Assembly (NCBI RefSeq): GCF_964204645.1
Contig: NC_134025.1
Coordinates: 7,874,001 to 7,938,000 of the forward strand
DNA length: 64,000 nucleotides
Direction: 5' to 3'
Origin: Tubulanus polymorphus
Taxonomy: Eukaryota > Animalia > Nemertea
Under the pieces are notes generated by a model that searched no databases, was not told where the DNA came from, and was given only the letters and a program-made list of their open reading frames with translations. The translations under genes were made by a program, and so were the position numbers. This document shows, piece after piece, positions 47,601-62,236 of this stretch (its first letter is position 1; every line of letters begins with the position of its first letter).

Positions 47601-50600
47601 CATAATGGATTAAACGTATATCCCCGTCAAGACAGGACTAAACCAAACAATCTGCCAACCCCACACGGTAAGTCATATTTGGTTAAGCAAAATGAACATC
47701 GATTTTCAAATATCGATTTTTGAAATTCAAACCCAACCGTATAGCTCTTCGTCCGTCGCATGCAACGACGTTTTGTGTGGACTGCCATACCGAAGGTCGA
47801 CGTGTGATGAACATGAATTTCATTCACAGGAGTTTGTATATTATATATTAGGAAAAATCATGATATGGTTATAAATCGTGTGTTGTCGTGGAGGGTCTTG
47901 CAGGCGTGTGCTTTTACCACGTGACTGTGCCATATTGGTCGGCAAAAACGATAAGCGATTTCCTTGACAGACCCTCGAGATTTGTTAATCCCCACGACCT
48001 TTCAAAATTTGTTAAGTTCAAGTTTGACTCAAGAGTTAATTCATTGAAAATCAACTAATTTTAACTCGCACTTTGAACCGAATCCTGATTATGCATGGCG
48101 AGGCTCTAGTACTGGCTGTCAAATTATGACGCCATGTGCACGTAAATGCCGCTATATTCCGACCTTAGCCTCCATGCAGAAGCGCAATTACAATCTCGTT
48201 ACGATAAATACTCATATAAAACAATTAATGGGGGTCCAGTGTTCCACTCTTATCTCAATATATCAATTCGTATTCGTATATTACATAATTCGAGCGCTAA
48301 CAAGAATAACACATGTACAAACAGTTTGACGTATGTTCGTTGACATGATTACCTGTGTCACTTCAGTGTATATTGAAACCATCTGGCTCCAATATTAATT
48401 ATCATTTCATAAAATGTCATCGATTAAGTATGGCATACTTCCAGATTTCTTCCTAGGGGTGTATTTAACGGGGGGGGGGGGGATTTTGCATGCGGAATTC
48501 CTACCGGGGGGATTTAACCGGTTACCCCCCAGACATGGGCCAGTAATTGTGTATTTCTCATCAAGCATAATATGAATTTTGATAAGTTCAATCTGTGTCA
48601 ACTGTACAAATTACATATCAACCACTGCATAATTATTGTAACACATATGCGAATCAAATCTACATTATTCTAATCAATCTATAACTATAACGCGTTATTT
48701 CATGATAAATAACGAAAGGTTTAATCAAGTGCACATAATGTATCAAACGTCTTTTTTAAACTACGACGACACCATTTCCGCATTGTAAATCAGAAGATAA
48801 CTGTACGTGTTTTGAAATAACGTATGCGATAAAAGTAGCGAGAGGCTAATTTATACTGTGTACAGAAGAGATCCGATCTATCTTTTTTCGGTATGTTTTC
48901 CGAGGTTTTCTTCTGGCAACAATTTTTCCCGAAGCAACCCGAACCTCGGTGTATCAAATGTAAACAAATGTTAATATATACGTAATTTCACATGATTCTA
49001 ATTAAATCTCACCTTGCACGGAGTTTACCCTCTCCTGTTGCAGGCTGCCGTTTTGTACAATAGTGAAAATGAACTGAATATATGAATAAACGGTGCTTCT
49101 TTTGCCTTGGATAAATTCTCTACCCTTGAATATCTAATTTCAATGATATTTGAGCTATGACTTTCAAATGAAAATACTAAATCAACTGACACTCACAATA
49201 ATCTAATTGGCTCGTTGTTGTTTCTATCTCACGATTTGCATTTTATACCATGTATATTTGGTTGATGGTTTATTGTTATTTCACCAGTAACTGTGTTTTT
49301 TTTTCATCCGAGATAAAACATATAAATTTACTACAACATGCTTAGCTCGCGGTGGCGATGTTCACTCGTTCGTTTTTGTTATCAGTATAACCAGTTTTCA
49401 CGTTTGATTTTAAACGAATTCCGATTTCTGCAGGCCGATCATAACTTACGTAAGAAATAAACTGGCGGGGTGAATATTGTGGGAAGTAATGTATATTGTG
49501 ACTAGCTTCTTGGTCAAAATTTTTTTAAGAATTATTTTACATGTATGATACATTATGCTTGTCTCATTCACGCGCATTTTTTGGCATGTGCGCGGTGGAC
49601 TCAATTCTGCGCTAAAATGCGTACGAATCATTTTAGCGCACGAACTCGATGACACTTAGGCTTGAAGACTTTTTGCTCGGTTGATTTCTTTTAGGTTAAC
49701 GTATACATAATGAGAACCAGACCTTTACGCTCAGACGATAAAACATGTTACTTTTCTTTACCTCAGTACACATCAGGTACCCGTAGATGTATACTTGCTA
49801 CGCTGGAAGAAAAAGCTAATTTTCTGTTAGCGTCGTTCTTTCTACCCAGAATACAGTGCTCTACATCCGTGCTTGTTTTCCACCTGTATCGTCTTCTCTC
49901 GGGTTACAATTTCTCGGAGTACAGCCCGGAGTGGCAAATGTCAATAAAAGATTCTATCTCGGCTAAAGCTTTAATCCCCCACTTTCCAAGTATTTATCTA
50001 TACAGGCGCGTCGCAAAGGAGCAACTATTGTCAGGGAGTCGTGACTGAAGTACAAATGGGTGGTAATGAAATGTGGATGCGAATTAATAATTTCTGACTG
50101 AATAGACGGATAGAAAATCGCTTGAAAACCATAGTTTATCAAGGTTTAGCAGTTGTCGGCAATATTATTGAACACGCAAGCTTTTCCTATTCACCGCATG
50201 AGTTGAATACGTATATGCTGCTGCTCGAATGCTCGAACCGCGGCGGCCCACTGCCTAACGACGTCTTGATGAACAAAAATCACTGCAATGCCGTCGGCAT
50301 AATCACGGCTAATGATTTATCTTGGCAACTATGCTCGTCCTGACACTCAGTTCATCCGAGGTGACAAATAGACCCTGTAAGGTGATGGGATTCCGATATT
50401 CATCACTAAATAATCGGTCGTATTTATATGTAGTTCACGAAAATAAACACTTGGTGACCCTAACGAAAATCGGCCTTAATTATTTATATGTACTGTCTAT
50501 TCCGTAAGTAACCATGTAATTTATATGTTAATTGTTCATTTAATGAATATAAACGGTTGTCGTATTTATCATTCCTATTACATCCCTTATCATTTATATG

Positions 50601-53600
50601 GTCATTTACGCAATTTTCACAACTTACATTACTTGTATTAAGTTACTATGTAACGATAAACTCGAATTGTCACCGGTGACAACTTTACTGTGGTGCCTTT
50701 ACCTACTGTATATCAGCCAAGTGATAATTTGAGCAAATTGCTTGTCGGTATTTAGTGGCTAGATCAATTTTACGGCTACTGAGACGGGGCAGAGAATTTC
50801 GCGAAAGCTTGTACGGCGGAGGAGATTAAAAGAGTGCTGCTGCTTCCAATTCGGGAATAAACTTCACATAAAACACGTTCACTGGACATCCCCGGATGCC
50901 TTGTAAATTGCCTAGTTCACAAGTTAAAGCCATCGAGTTCAGCAATATTAGCATAAAGCAAACTAAGTACATTTCTGGCTTCGCTGGTGAACGATTGCAA
51001 AATTTGATTATCATTATGTAAATGTATATGAATTTCTGGGGATTAACATTTAACAGCCTTCGTTGGTTTTGCATATGTATCAAATAGACGCATTTGTAAT
51101 ATGTAATGGGCAATCATCATTTGTGACATTCACAAATGCAAGATTATTCCCGTTTGCTTTTTGACTTAGCGTTTGCTCTTCGAGTCATTCATCAATATTT
51201 TCCTTTGCAGCGGTGACGTTTCAGATCTGCATACAAAACCGCTATAAGCTCAACAAGAAATACAGAAAATATTACAGCAATTACGACAAGGACAATGAAG
51301 ACCTCGAAACGAAGGGAATGCTGGCCCAAGCGAAGGTATATGATAATTGAGATCAGCTTTAAATAAAAAGATCCCAAAATGATGACGCAAATGCTTTCAT
51401 TGAAGAAAATCGTTTCAATTTTCATTAGCTCTTTCTATATCATATCCGACTGCATATAGAACAACGATTCGTTAACCGAATTAACACACCGGAGTGTCAT
51501 TGCCTGTTTGACAGTACATATGGATGGTCATCCGGCTATGATGGATGGTCTCTGGGTGGGAGTGATGTGCTCTTTGCTCAGCAGCAATATACCACCGCGT
51601 TGACTTGATCCAATTAAGTCGGTTATAATAATCTTCGCTTGGTCGGTCACCCAAGAGAAATAATCACCATCGCATTGAATTTGTGATTCGAGGGTAAAAC
51701 TGAACGCTCTGAATAAGAAATGTGAAGGTCAGGGCCGGTGATAGCAAAATATCACACTTCCAATTTAATTTGTACCAAAATGTTGATTACCGGCGCATCC
51801 GAATTCTCAGCTGAGAAATCAATTCAGTGATTTAGTAAATTCTGATGGCGATGGAAAGAATGGACTTTCAAGCCGTACTTCACCGCATTTATTGTTTGTT
51901 TGTTTACCTATGATTGGCTTTATTTTTTCTATTCTGATTCTGATTTGGACGAATATTTCATATATCGCTATTACAGGCGGCTGCCGATGCGGAGAATATC
52001 GACAATATCGCCGAACAACGGCGGCAACAGGGAAAACGTGTACGATACGGCGAAATTATACAGGTAATGAAGCAAATGGATGGCGAGTTATAAATTTTGG
52101 ACTCGAGAAGGCCACGCTGTAATTTATGACAGCCTCGGGATATGCAGGTCTTCAGACCTTTTGTTGACCCATCATCATCTCGTGCTTCTGACGATAGTGA
52201 ATCTGGAAATCCTGAAAAATATATGCTTCGATCACGCGATCATTGTCGCTGAGTCTAACTATGCTTCATACTATGATTTTAGGGAGTTCCATGCGTTGTA
52301 GATCTGTTTACAAACCACAAGGCTACAAATGGCCTTTACGTGTAAAGGCCATTTGCCCCGCAACTTGTTTCGATGCCACTGAAAAAAGGCCTACGATGTG
52401 GAACATTCCTGATGTTGCAAACCACACCTAATTCCAACGAACTGTTTACTGTTAATAAGACATCTAGTTTGATTTGGTTCATATTTCAGCTTAAGCATTT
52501 TTTCACTCGCAAGTACCTACATGTTAATACGACGCAAACGAGTAAACGAGACAAGAATAATATGCTGGTAAGTTGTTGTTTGATACCCGAGGCTCAACCG
52601 CTGTAGGATGCTCACACTTTTTTCTTCTACAATAAGTTCATTACAAAGTTTACTTGATCGTACTTCACTTCAGCTGTTGTACAATCATAATGTAATCATC
52701 ATCATTCTTTCCTTTCCTATGAATGGATAGTATAGAATAATCGAGTCGAAATAGATTCAAATTTTCTTCAAACATGTTTATTGCCAAGTTCTTTTTTTTA
52801 ACTCAAAATTTTTAATTCGTGTCTAAGTTTTAAAGTTACGGTATATTCATAAGACGTAGAACGTGAAAACAGAATACTTTAGTTTTTCTTTACGTACATA
52901 TCGTGTTTTCAATGATTCTACAAGCTGCACATGGTTTTTGTTATCGTTCTTGCTTCAACTGGCTTTATTAGCATTCACCTCTTTCTCCAGGTTTCTCTAC
53001 ATGAATATAATGCAAAAAACGCCCAATACAGAATACTTCCGAGATATAAGGTGAAATCTGAAGGCGAAGTGGTGAGTTTGTGAATTTAAGCCACTGTTAT
53101 TTAAACCCATACATGACTTATTGTATCCATAACATTGCCAATTTGCCATCTTCTACATAGATTCAAATATTTGATCAAGTCGTACTTGAGAGCATCAAAT
53201 CACCCGGTCATTATCTCCACGCCAGCAATCCATTCCAGATAGATTATTTCACATTTGGGTAAGCGATGTTAACATAATTACAATTTCCACTGGAATAAAA
53301 CTTAAAATAAGCGAAATAATACTTTCCTTTTTTCAATTTAAGCTCCGAGTTGAATCTTGGTGTGGAAGGCGCAGGTTTTACTGTTATAAAGAATTATTCA
53401 CCAAAGACCGACCATACAGAGCGTAATTTAGTCAGGGTATGAACAAAATGTTTTAAGTGGCCTTCGATAAACCTATCCAGCACACCTGATCTGACAAGCG
53501 TGGTCTGATTTATTCTAGGGAGGCTCAGTAATCAGTCTGTTCCATAAAGAGTTAGAAGCTTACATCGTTGCTGAAGGATTATTTGGCGAAGTCATCACCG

Positions 53601-56600
53601 AGCAAGGTAATTTATCTTGAACTTCGAAACATTAAATCCACACTTGACGTCCCGTGTCTTGAACACGGTCCGTAACGCACGGTACCATTCTATGTAATTT
53701 TGTTAATCTTCCAACACGTCAGAAGTTAATGCGTTGAAATGATGTATAAACTATACGCTGTTTGCATTCAATAATCTTATAGTGCATCTACGAATTAGAG
53801 ACATCGACCAACTGAATCCGAAAACGTTATCGCCATCAACTTCGGGAATTACCTACTGGCAAATTGAACCGGAGTCAAGTACAATTAACGGTAATTAAAT
53901 AATGCATATATTGTTGAATTTATTGTTAAGTACTGTGCAATTTCCATATAAAATCTTGAATTGTCGGATTTCACACTGAGGGCAATATTCATGATATATA
54001 CAGGAGATATACTACTATGGGAACAACAATTTCGTTTCCGGCACATGACTACACGTCAGTATCTATGCATCTCGGCCGAAATGAAGGTGACCTTGACCGA
54101 AGATGTCGAAGATCCACGCACGGTGTTCCGTCTACACCCAGTTGTCAAAGAATCGGATGAAATCACGTTTGAAAGTTACGCCCGAATTGAGAATGTCCTA
54201 ACCGGATATTGGCTCCATGCACTGAAGGGTCAGTCTCGAATCGAAATTGTTTAAAGAAATGAGATTCTAAATCTAGTTTTTGTCCTCGAAATTCCAAAAC
54301 CCACTTCTTTATTTACGTAGAGGAGGAATATAAAAGGGAACAGTTCCAAGGAGCTGAAAATGACACATCGATGAGAGGTCTACGGTGGGATGGAGCAGAA
54401 CTACGAAAGGTGATTTCTGATCCTAGATATACATCGTAATAAAATGTGTTAACTTTTGCATGCACCAGTAAATTCATATTCATCTGGATATATGATCTCG
54501 CGGACCAGTGCATGCCTCATCCACAATTATTCTATGGCAACCGACAATAAACAGATTCACCGGATAATTCAATCACCGGTCTTGTGACTGTATTTCTGCC
54601 TTGTTCATCTTTTAGCTGTCGGCCAGCGGAGAGAGAATGTACGATGATGCATTTACCATACAGAAAATAGTAGATGAGCACGCCAATTCGTTTAACTTCG
54701 TGGCAGGAATGGTGCCCGTTCTCGTCAATCTAATTAAAGACGTAAGCCGCCCTCACTCGTCATTACATTGCAATTTATTGCATTCCGTCATGATCTCGCA
54801 ATAGTAGGAAAATGATAAACTTCAGAATCACCATAAATTGAAAGCAATCATTTCTAGCTGAATGTTCGTTAGTTTGCACAATTGATTAGAGCACAACATG
54901 ATACTCTTATTCTTTACAGTAACAGTAACATCTTTTTTGTTTTTTATGAGAAGCTATTTTACAGCGATTTCTTTACACTTAAGCTGTTTAACTATGCTAT
55001 TGTTTTATAAGAAGAAGGTATTTTTGCTCATTTGTATCTCAGTGAAGCTATTTGTGTACATCTTTCTTTCTAATCACAGCGACGTGAAGGCCGCTTCCTA
55101 AACGCAAAGAAAACGTTCAAAGTTTTGACGGCTTTGAAAGAATTGAGAGAGTTCGTCATGAACGACGGTGAAGCTGATAAAAATCGCCAAAAACTGCTCC
55201 GGAATCTCAGGGTGTGTACAAACATGCAATATCTCATTACAGACAGTTTTTTTTTGTTCATTCTGTGAAGTATGCGATAACAACCGCAATGGCGCGTTAC
55301 GCAATAAAACAGTCAATATAGCCATAAAACAACCATTTTCCGAGAGAAAATGTCTTCGAGAAATGCTACGAATGATATAGTTTATTTTCTATAACCAGTA
55401 CAAACGTTATTTTTGCCCGTTTACAGGTAATTGATTTACTAGTAATGTTGCTGCAGTGCAAATTGAAAGGCGTCGCCGATGAAATTAACCTAACGAAAGT
55501 GTTCAAAGCTGCGTACGAGGTCATTTACAGCTATATGATCGGTAACAGTCGGAAAAATGCGCTGTACTTCGCCAAATATATCGACTTCTTCCAAACTCAG
55601 TTTTCTATAAAGGTAATGAATATGAATATTTTACAATGCGATCACATTTCGTCTTATTTATACCCTTCAAAATAGAATATATAAGGACAATTTCAAACCT
55701 TTCAAAACCAATGTGCGTTTGTTTTAACAGGGTGATATTGGTCTTAACGTTGCTCAGATGATCGTGGAATTAGTAAGAGACAACAGAAAAATTGTAGACA
55801 GAATTACTCAAACTCAAATTGATGAATTTGTCGATCTGTTAAGGGAAAATCAGGTATAAACCGTTTTGACAAATTTTCTCGTCTCTCTCATACTGGCACA
55901 TCTCAAAATGTATGTAAGAATGGACCTTAAAGATACCATTATCTTTAGAACTATCGTTATCTGGACCTGTTAAAAGTTCTGTGTGTATGCGATGGTGTAC
56001 CAATACCAGATAACCAAACGTACGTGGCACAGCGATGGCTCATGAAAGATAAGGTAGGCTTATTCGTCATATTAATGGGATTTTATATAAGTTTTCATCG
56101 TGGATATTTCCAAGGGAAATATATCGCGTCACCCCGTTATCTTCCCAGACTATTCACAAGGAAGCAACACCGAGACCGAAGCCAAAACTGAAAGCCGCCG
56201 CTGATACGGCTTATACTGAAGTCATAAAAGAACTTGGTCCACCTCGTGGAGAACAGGTATGCCAGAAAAATGACGGCCTGATCAATCAAATTTCAATGAG
56301 ACAATATCTTAAGAATACGTTTTACGCTGAGGAATTTTATCTTGGATATTTTAGCGGGGTCTGTACCTGACCGAACGAGGCCAGAATATTCACAAAACAC
56401 CAAACATATGTTACGTGTCAACGGATAGGGGACGATCGTGGACGCCACTTCACGAATTTGTGGAGGTTTGTGGAAAGATTGTAACTGGATAACTGAAAAA
56501 ACAGCCGTTTTATAACTATTTGTCTAGATCACGTCAAACTAATTACATTTACTTTCAGAGAACCAACCCAAGTTTCTCAGATGATGAATACACATTTCTC

Positions 56601-59600
56601 ATTCATCAACTAGATTTATTTGCTGCTTTGTGCTTCGTAAGTGAATTTTGCATAAACATTCATGTGTGTGTGTGTGTGTCATGTCTATCTATATGTAAAA
56701 TGAATGAATTCTTAACGTTTTTAGGGAAGAAATGATTTTTGCATCCATCTCATCACAAGACAGCTGAGTTATTTGTCCTGGGAAGAGGTTTTCCTCTGCC
56801 TACAGTCTGAGATTCTCCCCGATGATATAAGAGCTAAATATTGTGAACTCATCATAGGTAATTCTTTATGATACAAGTATCACGAAAACGCTACTATATT
56901 GATATTTCAAACAGTCATAAATGATGCAGTTGTAATTTTTTATGTATATACTTTGTTTTACAGGGTTATTTGTTGACGTCGGCAATAATTTTTCAGTGCT
57001 CGATCATCCAAACATATCCTTTATATATGAGTATATAGGAACTAAAGATCAGAACAAATCTCAAGGAGACATGGTAATGTCAATGTTCTCATGTCCTGCG
57101 ATCATTAGATTTTAGACAGATACCTATTTTCATTCATACTTTCTTACATCATCTAGAGTGCTCCGCGAGATTTGGTTACTATTTTCCCAGTACTGAGGGA
57201 CTGGATTACCGAGTTTCTCGATGAAAATAAGGGAATGACTGCTAGTACTATCGGACATAATATGCTCATCGAACAGGTAAAGAATAATCGGTTAATTGTT
57301 TCGGGGAAAGATAACTAGGAAGATAAACGTTTTTAGCATGTGATTCCAAAATCCATTTCACGCAGGTGCTGAGATTACTGTATTACCTGGTTCAATTTGG
57401 ATATTACGGTGATGTGGATGATGTAAAATGCCTGCTGAATCCCTTACTAAATTTACTAGATGGTAGACACGATGTTCCATTCTTGCCCGATAAGGAAAAA
57501 GGTAACTTCTGTCGTGCAGCGGCTGCAACATTTCATTTTACATTTTTCTTTACTTACACCCTTTTTATCTGTGTAACAGGTTACTCCAAAGACTCCCAGA
57601 AACTTATACAAAGATACCGCAGTGGAGAACGATATGAAAGAGCAGCCGAAACTGCGGCCATTGTGAATGCAAAATGCAGGTATGTCTGTGCATGATGCCG
57701 AAACCGATTTGCTGACGATGGCTAATAGTCTTTAGCCGAAACTTGCTCAGATTATATACATCTCTAAGTACTACGCGCTTGCTCTCGTATTTTCATCTTA
57801 CATGGATATTGTGTATCATCTCGACTTATGATTTGGTAGTTTGTTCCTGTCTAAATAAACACTAAACTTCACTTATTGAACGTAGGGCGATGGAAGTCTT
57901 AGATCTACTCTTGACATATCAGTCGAATACCCGTCTCGAGGCGTTCATACGAAAATTTAAAGAAAGTGAACAATCCGCGCATCTCAAATCAAAGCATCAA
58001 CACATCTTACTACCTACTATGTTTGCGACGTTTGATGCTTTTGATACAGTGAAGTGAGTTGATATTTTTATTCTCAAATATGCCCGACCTCAAAAATAAC
58101 CGAAGAGGTCCGCGCGTCTTTACGAATGCATCTTACGTTTTGTTATCGTTTTCATCTTTTTCATTTTTTTAGGAAAGCAATGAGGAAGCAAAAGATGATG
58201 GTGAAAGAATTGAAAGAAATGTTTGAGAGCAGTGCATACATTGATGGCGAACAGATTACCGCCATTCTTTTGGTAAAACCCTGCGTGTGATATTTGAATT
58301 TGAATCTCCGTATTTTTGTGATTCTATATGATAGCTTAAAAATCCATTCGTTTTATAGGATCTGTCTAATTACAAGTACGACAAGATGATCCAAATGTCA
58401 CTACGGCTGTTGACGAAATTCTATTCGTCGAAAACAAACCTTTTTAAAACCGCCGTCAGAGCGCAAGTATGAACATTAGCTGATATACATGTAGATGATG
58501 TTCATCGTACAATGAACTTCACTAGAAAAAATATTGAAAGTTGCTTTTGACGTACTTATATCGGAAGTTTATATTTCTACAGGTGCTTATCACCACCGAT
58601 TCGTGTAAAATACACCGGGAAGTTGCTCGCCAGATGCCTGTGATGCGAATGTTGGCTCGCATTAAGATGAACGACCGACAAGTGGAACGCATGGAGTACA
58701 TACTCGAAGAATTCATCGAGTAAGTTAGGCTCCGATTCAACTTTCTTTGTTCTACGTGTAGTATTGTGTTTTTTGACGTTCGATAATCATTTCATCGTTA
58801 TCATCTCATTTTTTCGTATTTTCGTTCTTGACAATTTCAACCTTCGATTAGGTAATGGACAAACTTGCGCATAAAGTTTTTCATCGTGGCATTATTTTTT
58901 CATCATTGCACGTTAAATGATTTCAGATATGCAATTATTCAAATACCAAAGTATGTATGAAACGCTAAAAACACCCTAGATCTTTAGCAAAAATGAATGA
59001 ACGTAAAAGTCTGTCTCAAAACACTCGAAACATCCTTCCCTTCTCTATAATGACTCACAATAATGCAGTTAGTCCGACTTATAGTATTTTTTTTAATCTC
59101 ACTCGTGAAGTGTTTTCTGCTTTGGTGAAATGTGCACGTGGATCAACGTCAAGCACAGGGTTTCCTAATGTATAACTTTTTCCATAACAACTTCGTATTC
59201 CACTCAGATTCCCCTCAGATTATACACATATAAACTAATTCTTCAATTTCAAAATCAAATGAACAAATCATATAAACATCACACTGCAGTAAAAATCCTC
59301 ATTAATAATCCGTGGATATATATTGCGGCTTTGATCGATAGGTAATTTTTTGTCCAGCTATTTCTAGCCTACAGTAGTACCAGATTAAAGATTTCTTTAT
59401 GTTTATGTACAAAAACTGTATATTAAAAACGTTTACAATATTTAGGTTTTGTCACTTACCTAAAGTCCCAGAGGAACGCCACCCTATGAATCAAAGCATC
59501 CTAGTTACACATGGTAAGACAATTTTCATCCGAGCTTTGTTTGATGTGTTAAACCACCACACATTAACAAATATTAAACTCTTACCGATTGAATATTTGT

Positions 59601-62236
59601 AGATGTTCTTTCTGTGCTGTTTCAAATCTTGTCGCAGGACTTCGATGTTATAACAAAGGTTAGTTTTGGCTTTTAGTCAATTACAAATATAACGTTTCTC
59701 AAATGATCGGCTACCATACTCTAAATAGTTGGAAAAGTTTGATTCATTTGATAAGTCTACAACTATATTAAGTCTAATACTACGTTATCAATTCAGTAAT
59801 AATCAGTTCTAATTTGCTTTTTCTAGGATCGTTATCCAGGAATGGAGCGAATATTTCAAAAGGCGTTGAAGCTCCTGCAGTTTCTAACACGTGGTTTTGA
59901 CCTAGTCCAGAGAAGGGTATTTGATAAGATGGATACACTGCTAAAAATCCACATGGAACGTTCTCAACTAGCTACTTGTTTGAAAGAGGTGTTCGTTGGT
60001 AATCAGAATACCTGCCTGAAGATATTACCGAGACAGATCCAAAGGATAGTTGGTTTGGCAGTTGAACACAGAGAAAAGGCACCGGAGTTACTCGACTTAC
60101 TGAACGCTATTGCTAAAGTTGAAGGACAGAATCTCGCCTTGAAGAGAAATCAAACGCTGGTAATGAAGTACATAATGCAGAACTATGCAAAGGCGGCTTA
60201 CGTTCTTGACCAACCGTGGGAGATGAGGTGGGCTTAAGTTCTCTTTATTCTCTTCATTGCTTTCGTCACTGTTTTCTAAACACTTATCCTTTTACTTTTG
60301 TTATTTTTATTTTATAGAGAGAAATTATTGACTTATCAAGGAGAACATTCACACCTGAGATATCTTATTAGTTTGATAGATCTGCTGGCAACATGTGCCG
60401 AGGTAACTTGTTAAATGATACCCAGGTCTGTGTTAGTGATAATTTCAATGTACCATGTATATTTACCTATTTCAGGGTGAAAATCGGTTTATAGAATCGC
60501 TCTGTCAGACGATCATATCACTCGATGAAGTGCTTTCTGTTTTGAACCATAAGAACATCGAATTCAGTTTGAAGAAACCTTATCTTCGATATTTGATATG
60601 GGTTTACATGAGAACTGCCGGTACCGTGGTAGAAAGTGGTGCTGGGGATCTTCCTCACGACACGTAAGCTATAGATCTAATAGCGGATCGATTCAGTTAA
60701 CTTATAGAGGAAATATGTAGCCATCACTAAATCTAACGCAAACCTCTCCTTGATCAGGACAAATGTTTATAAACGATAAATGAACAGAGGTGGTGCCCTG
60801 ATCTCAATGAGCATGATACCTTTTGTAACCGTTTTCATGATTTCCTTCGTTTCATAGAAAATTAGCTAAATTATCGTCCCAAGGACATGATAATTTATGA
60901 GGCATGTCATTTTTGGCTAACGGTTATTTCAAGTTTTCGAGTCATCTGGCCCATCTTAATCTCATTTTAACTATGCATGTTCGTTGTTCAAGGCTGTTCA
61001 AGATTTTGTGAACAATTTTAGTGTTTATCATTAATCATACGTAAAGAAGGATGACGTTAATACTTCTTTTTTCATGTTGATAACTTTACCAGCGGGCCCA
61101 AGTAAGTTTCTCACCCAGTCTGCTGCGAACGCTTGTGTTTTTATTGGCATGCTCAAAGTGTTCCTTTCGTAGCCGACCAGGTCGATTTTTGTACATATTT
61201 CATTTCTTAGAAGCGTCTTCATGAATAGTGTTAGTCTAGTTATAGTAAATTAGACTAGAAGATTCATCTGCAAAAATCACATTTCCGCTTCGTTAGGAAA
61301 TCTTGGCTAGTTTTCCGACGTAGAATACAATTATCACAGAAATGAAATTCAAGCATGACATAGCGAACTTTTAATTAAATCGTATATAAATGACTAACAC
61401 TTAAAAGCTGCATCGCTGTTTATTACCTTGCCTCAAACTAACACACTTCTATTCTAGGCACATTGCTATCGTTGTCTCCTGGTGGATCTTGTGGTATCTA
61501 GGAATTCCATTCTGTTGAGGAGTTCTTTTCTTAATGAGGCACAGCAAAAATGTCTCCACCACGAAGCAGCTTAATTTATCATTTTATATCTAAATTATGT
61601 GTACTGAGATTTTATTCGGTATTTACAAAATGTTAAAATCTCAATGGGATATACTCATCATTCATGTTATGAATTATTCTCATATTGATATTATGTCATG
61701 TGATTTCTATTACGTATTTAATCTCATCTAAAAGAAAATACGTTCAAACTCTGATTTAGTCTACTACTTGCGTTCATTGCATGGATTGATGAAAACAACT
61801 TTTATATTTTCATATTTTATTTTTGAAATAACATTTGTTATCAAGTGGGGGTGGTGATCACTCTATAGATAAAAATGCACGTTTAGTTTAGCATTTTTTA
61901 CGTATAACTTAGGTGACGAAGAAGAAAGTACTTTCTTGTCTGGTAATATATATTTTCCTCTGAAACTGCAGGAGGATATGATACATTTGGTTTTATACGT
62001 TTGATATATTTCATAACATTTCTAGTCAAACGATATGAAAATAAAGATTGTTATATTCGGCGTGTGATTATATTGCTGTGGAAACAAATGCCTATCCTCA
62101 TCGTTTTATTCTCCAGGTCCATTTGGCTGTTCGTGCAAAAAATCTCCGAGGAGGCAAAAAAACTGACCGACTATATCAACACTACGAACAATCTCGACAA
62201 AATTGGACGGCTCCTTGTGACGAAACCGCCGAGAAT
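44633..62236 (+). CDS. ITPR: Inositol 1,4,5-trisphosphate receptor-like Ca2+ release channel (divergent ITPR family); 5' part, continues beyond the window
   Basis: 35 GT-AG exons in a continuous frame (about 1409 aa): 44633-44715, 47594-47667, 51211-51335, 51977-52063, 52490-52567, 52991-53071, 53161-53258, 53343-53436, 53519-53606, 53783-53890, 54004-54228, 54321-54409, 54616-54741, 55080-55211, 55427-55612, 55731-55853, 55949-56053, 56149-56256, 56355-56465, 56559-56636, 56725-56857, 56964-57073, 57157-57276, 57366-57501, 57580-57679, 57886-58053, 58173-58272, 58359-58466, 58583-58719, 59446-59513, 59603-59658, 59827-60227, 60318-60402, 60476-60663, 62117-62236. Motifs: FLCVGDYVCLY (suppressor domain), YGEIIQLKH and FRFRHMTTRQYL (MIR), RQKLLR, SRKN, DNRKIVDRI, YLDLLKVLCVCDG..IPDNQ (RIH), LIDLLATCAEGEN. 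Confidence 0.9.
48467..48530 (+). repeat. G-rich low-complexity tract (poly-G plus further G runs) in an ITPR-like intron
   Basis: About 13 consecutive G at 48470-48482 and GGGGGG at about 48506-48511; probably a repeat remnant. Confidence 0.6.
56663..56679. repeat. (TG)8 intronic microsatellite
   Basis: Read directly from the sequence. Confidence 0.8.

Noticed and set aside
50667-50682. 16-bp perfect palindrome TTGTCACCGGTGACAA
   Set aside because: A single 8-bp-arm palindrome is not unexpected in 64 kb and has no supporting context.
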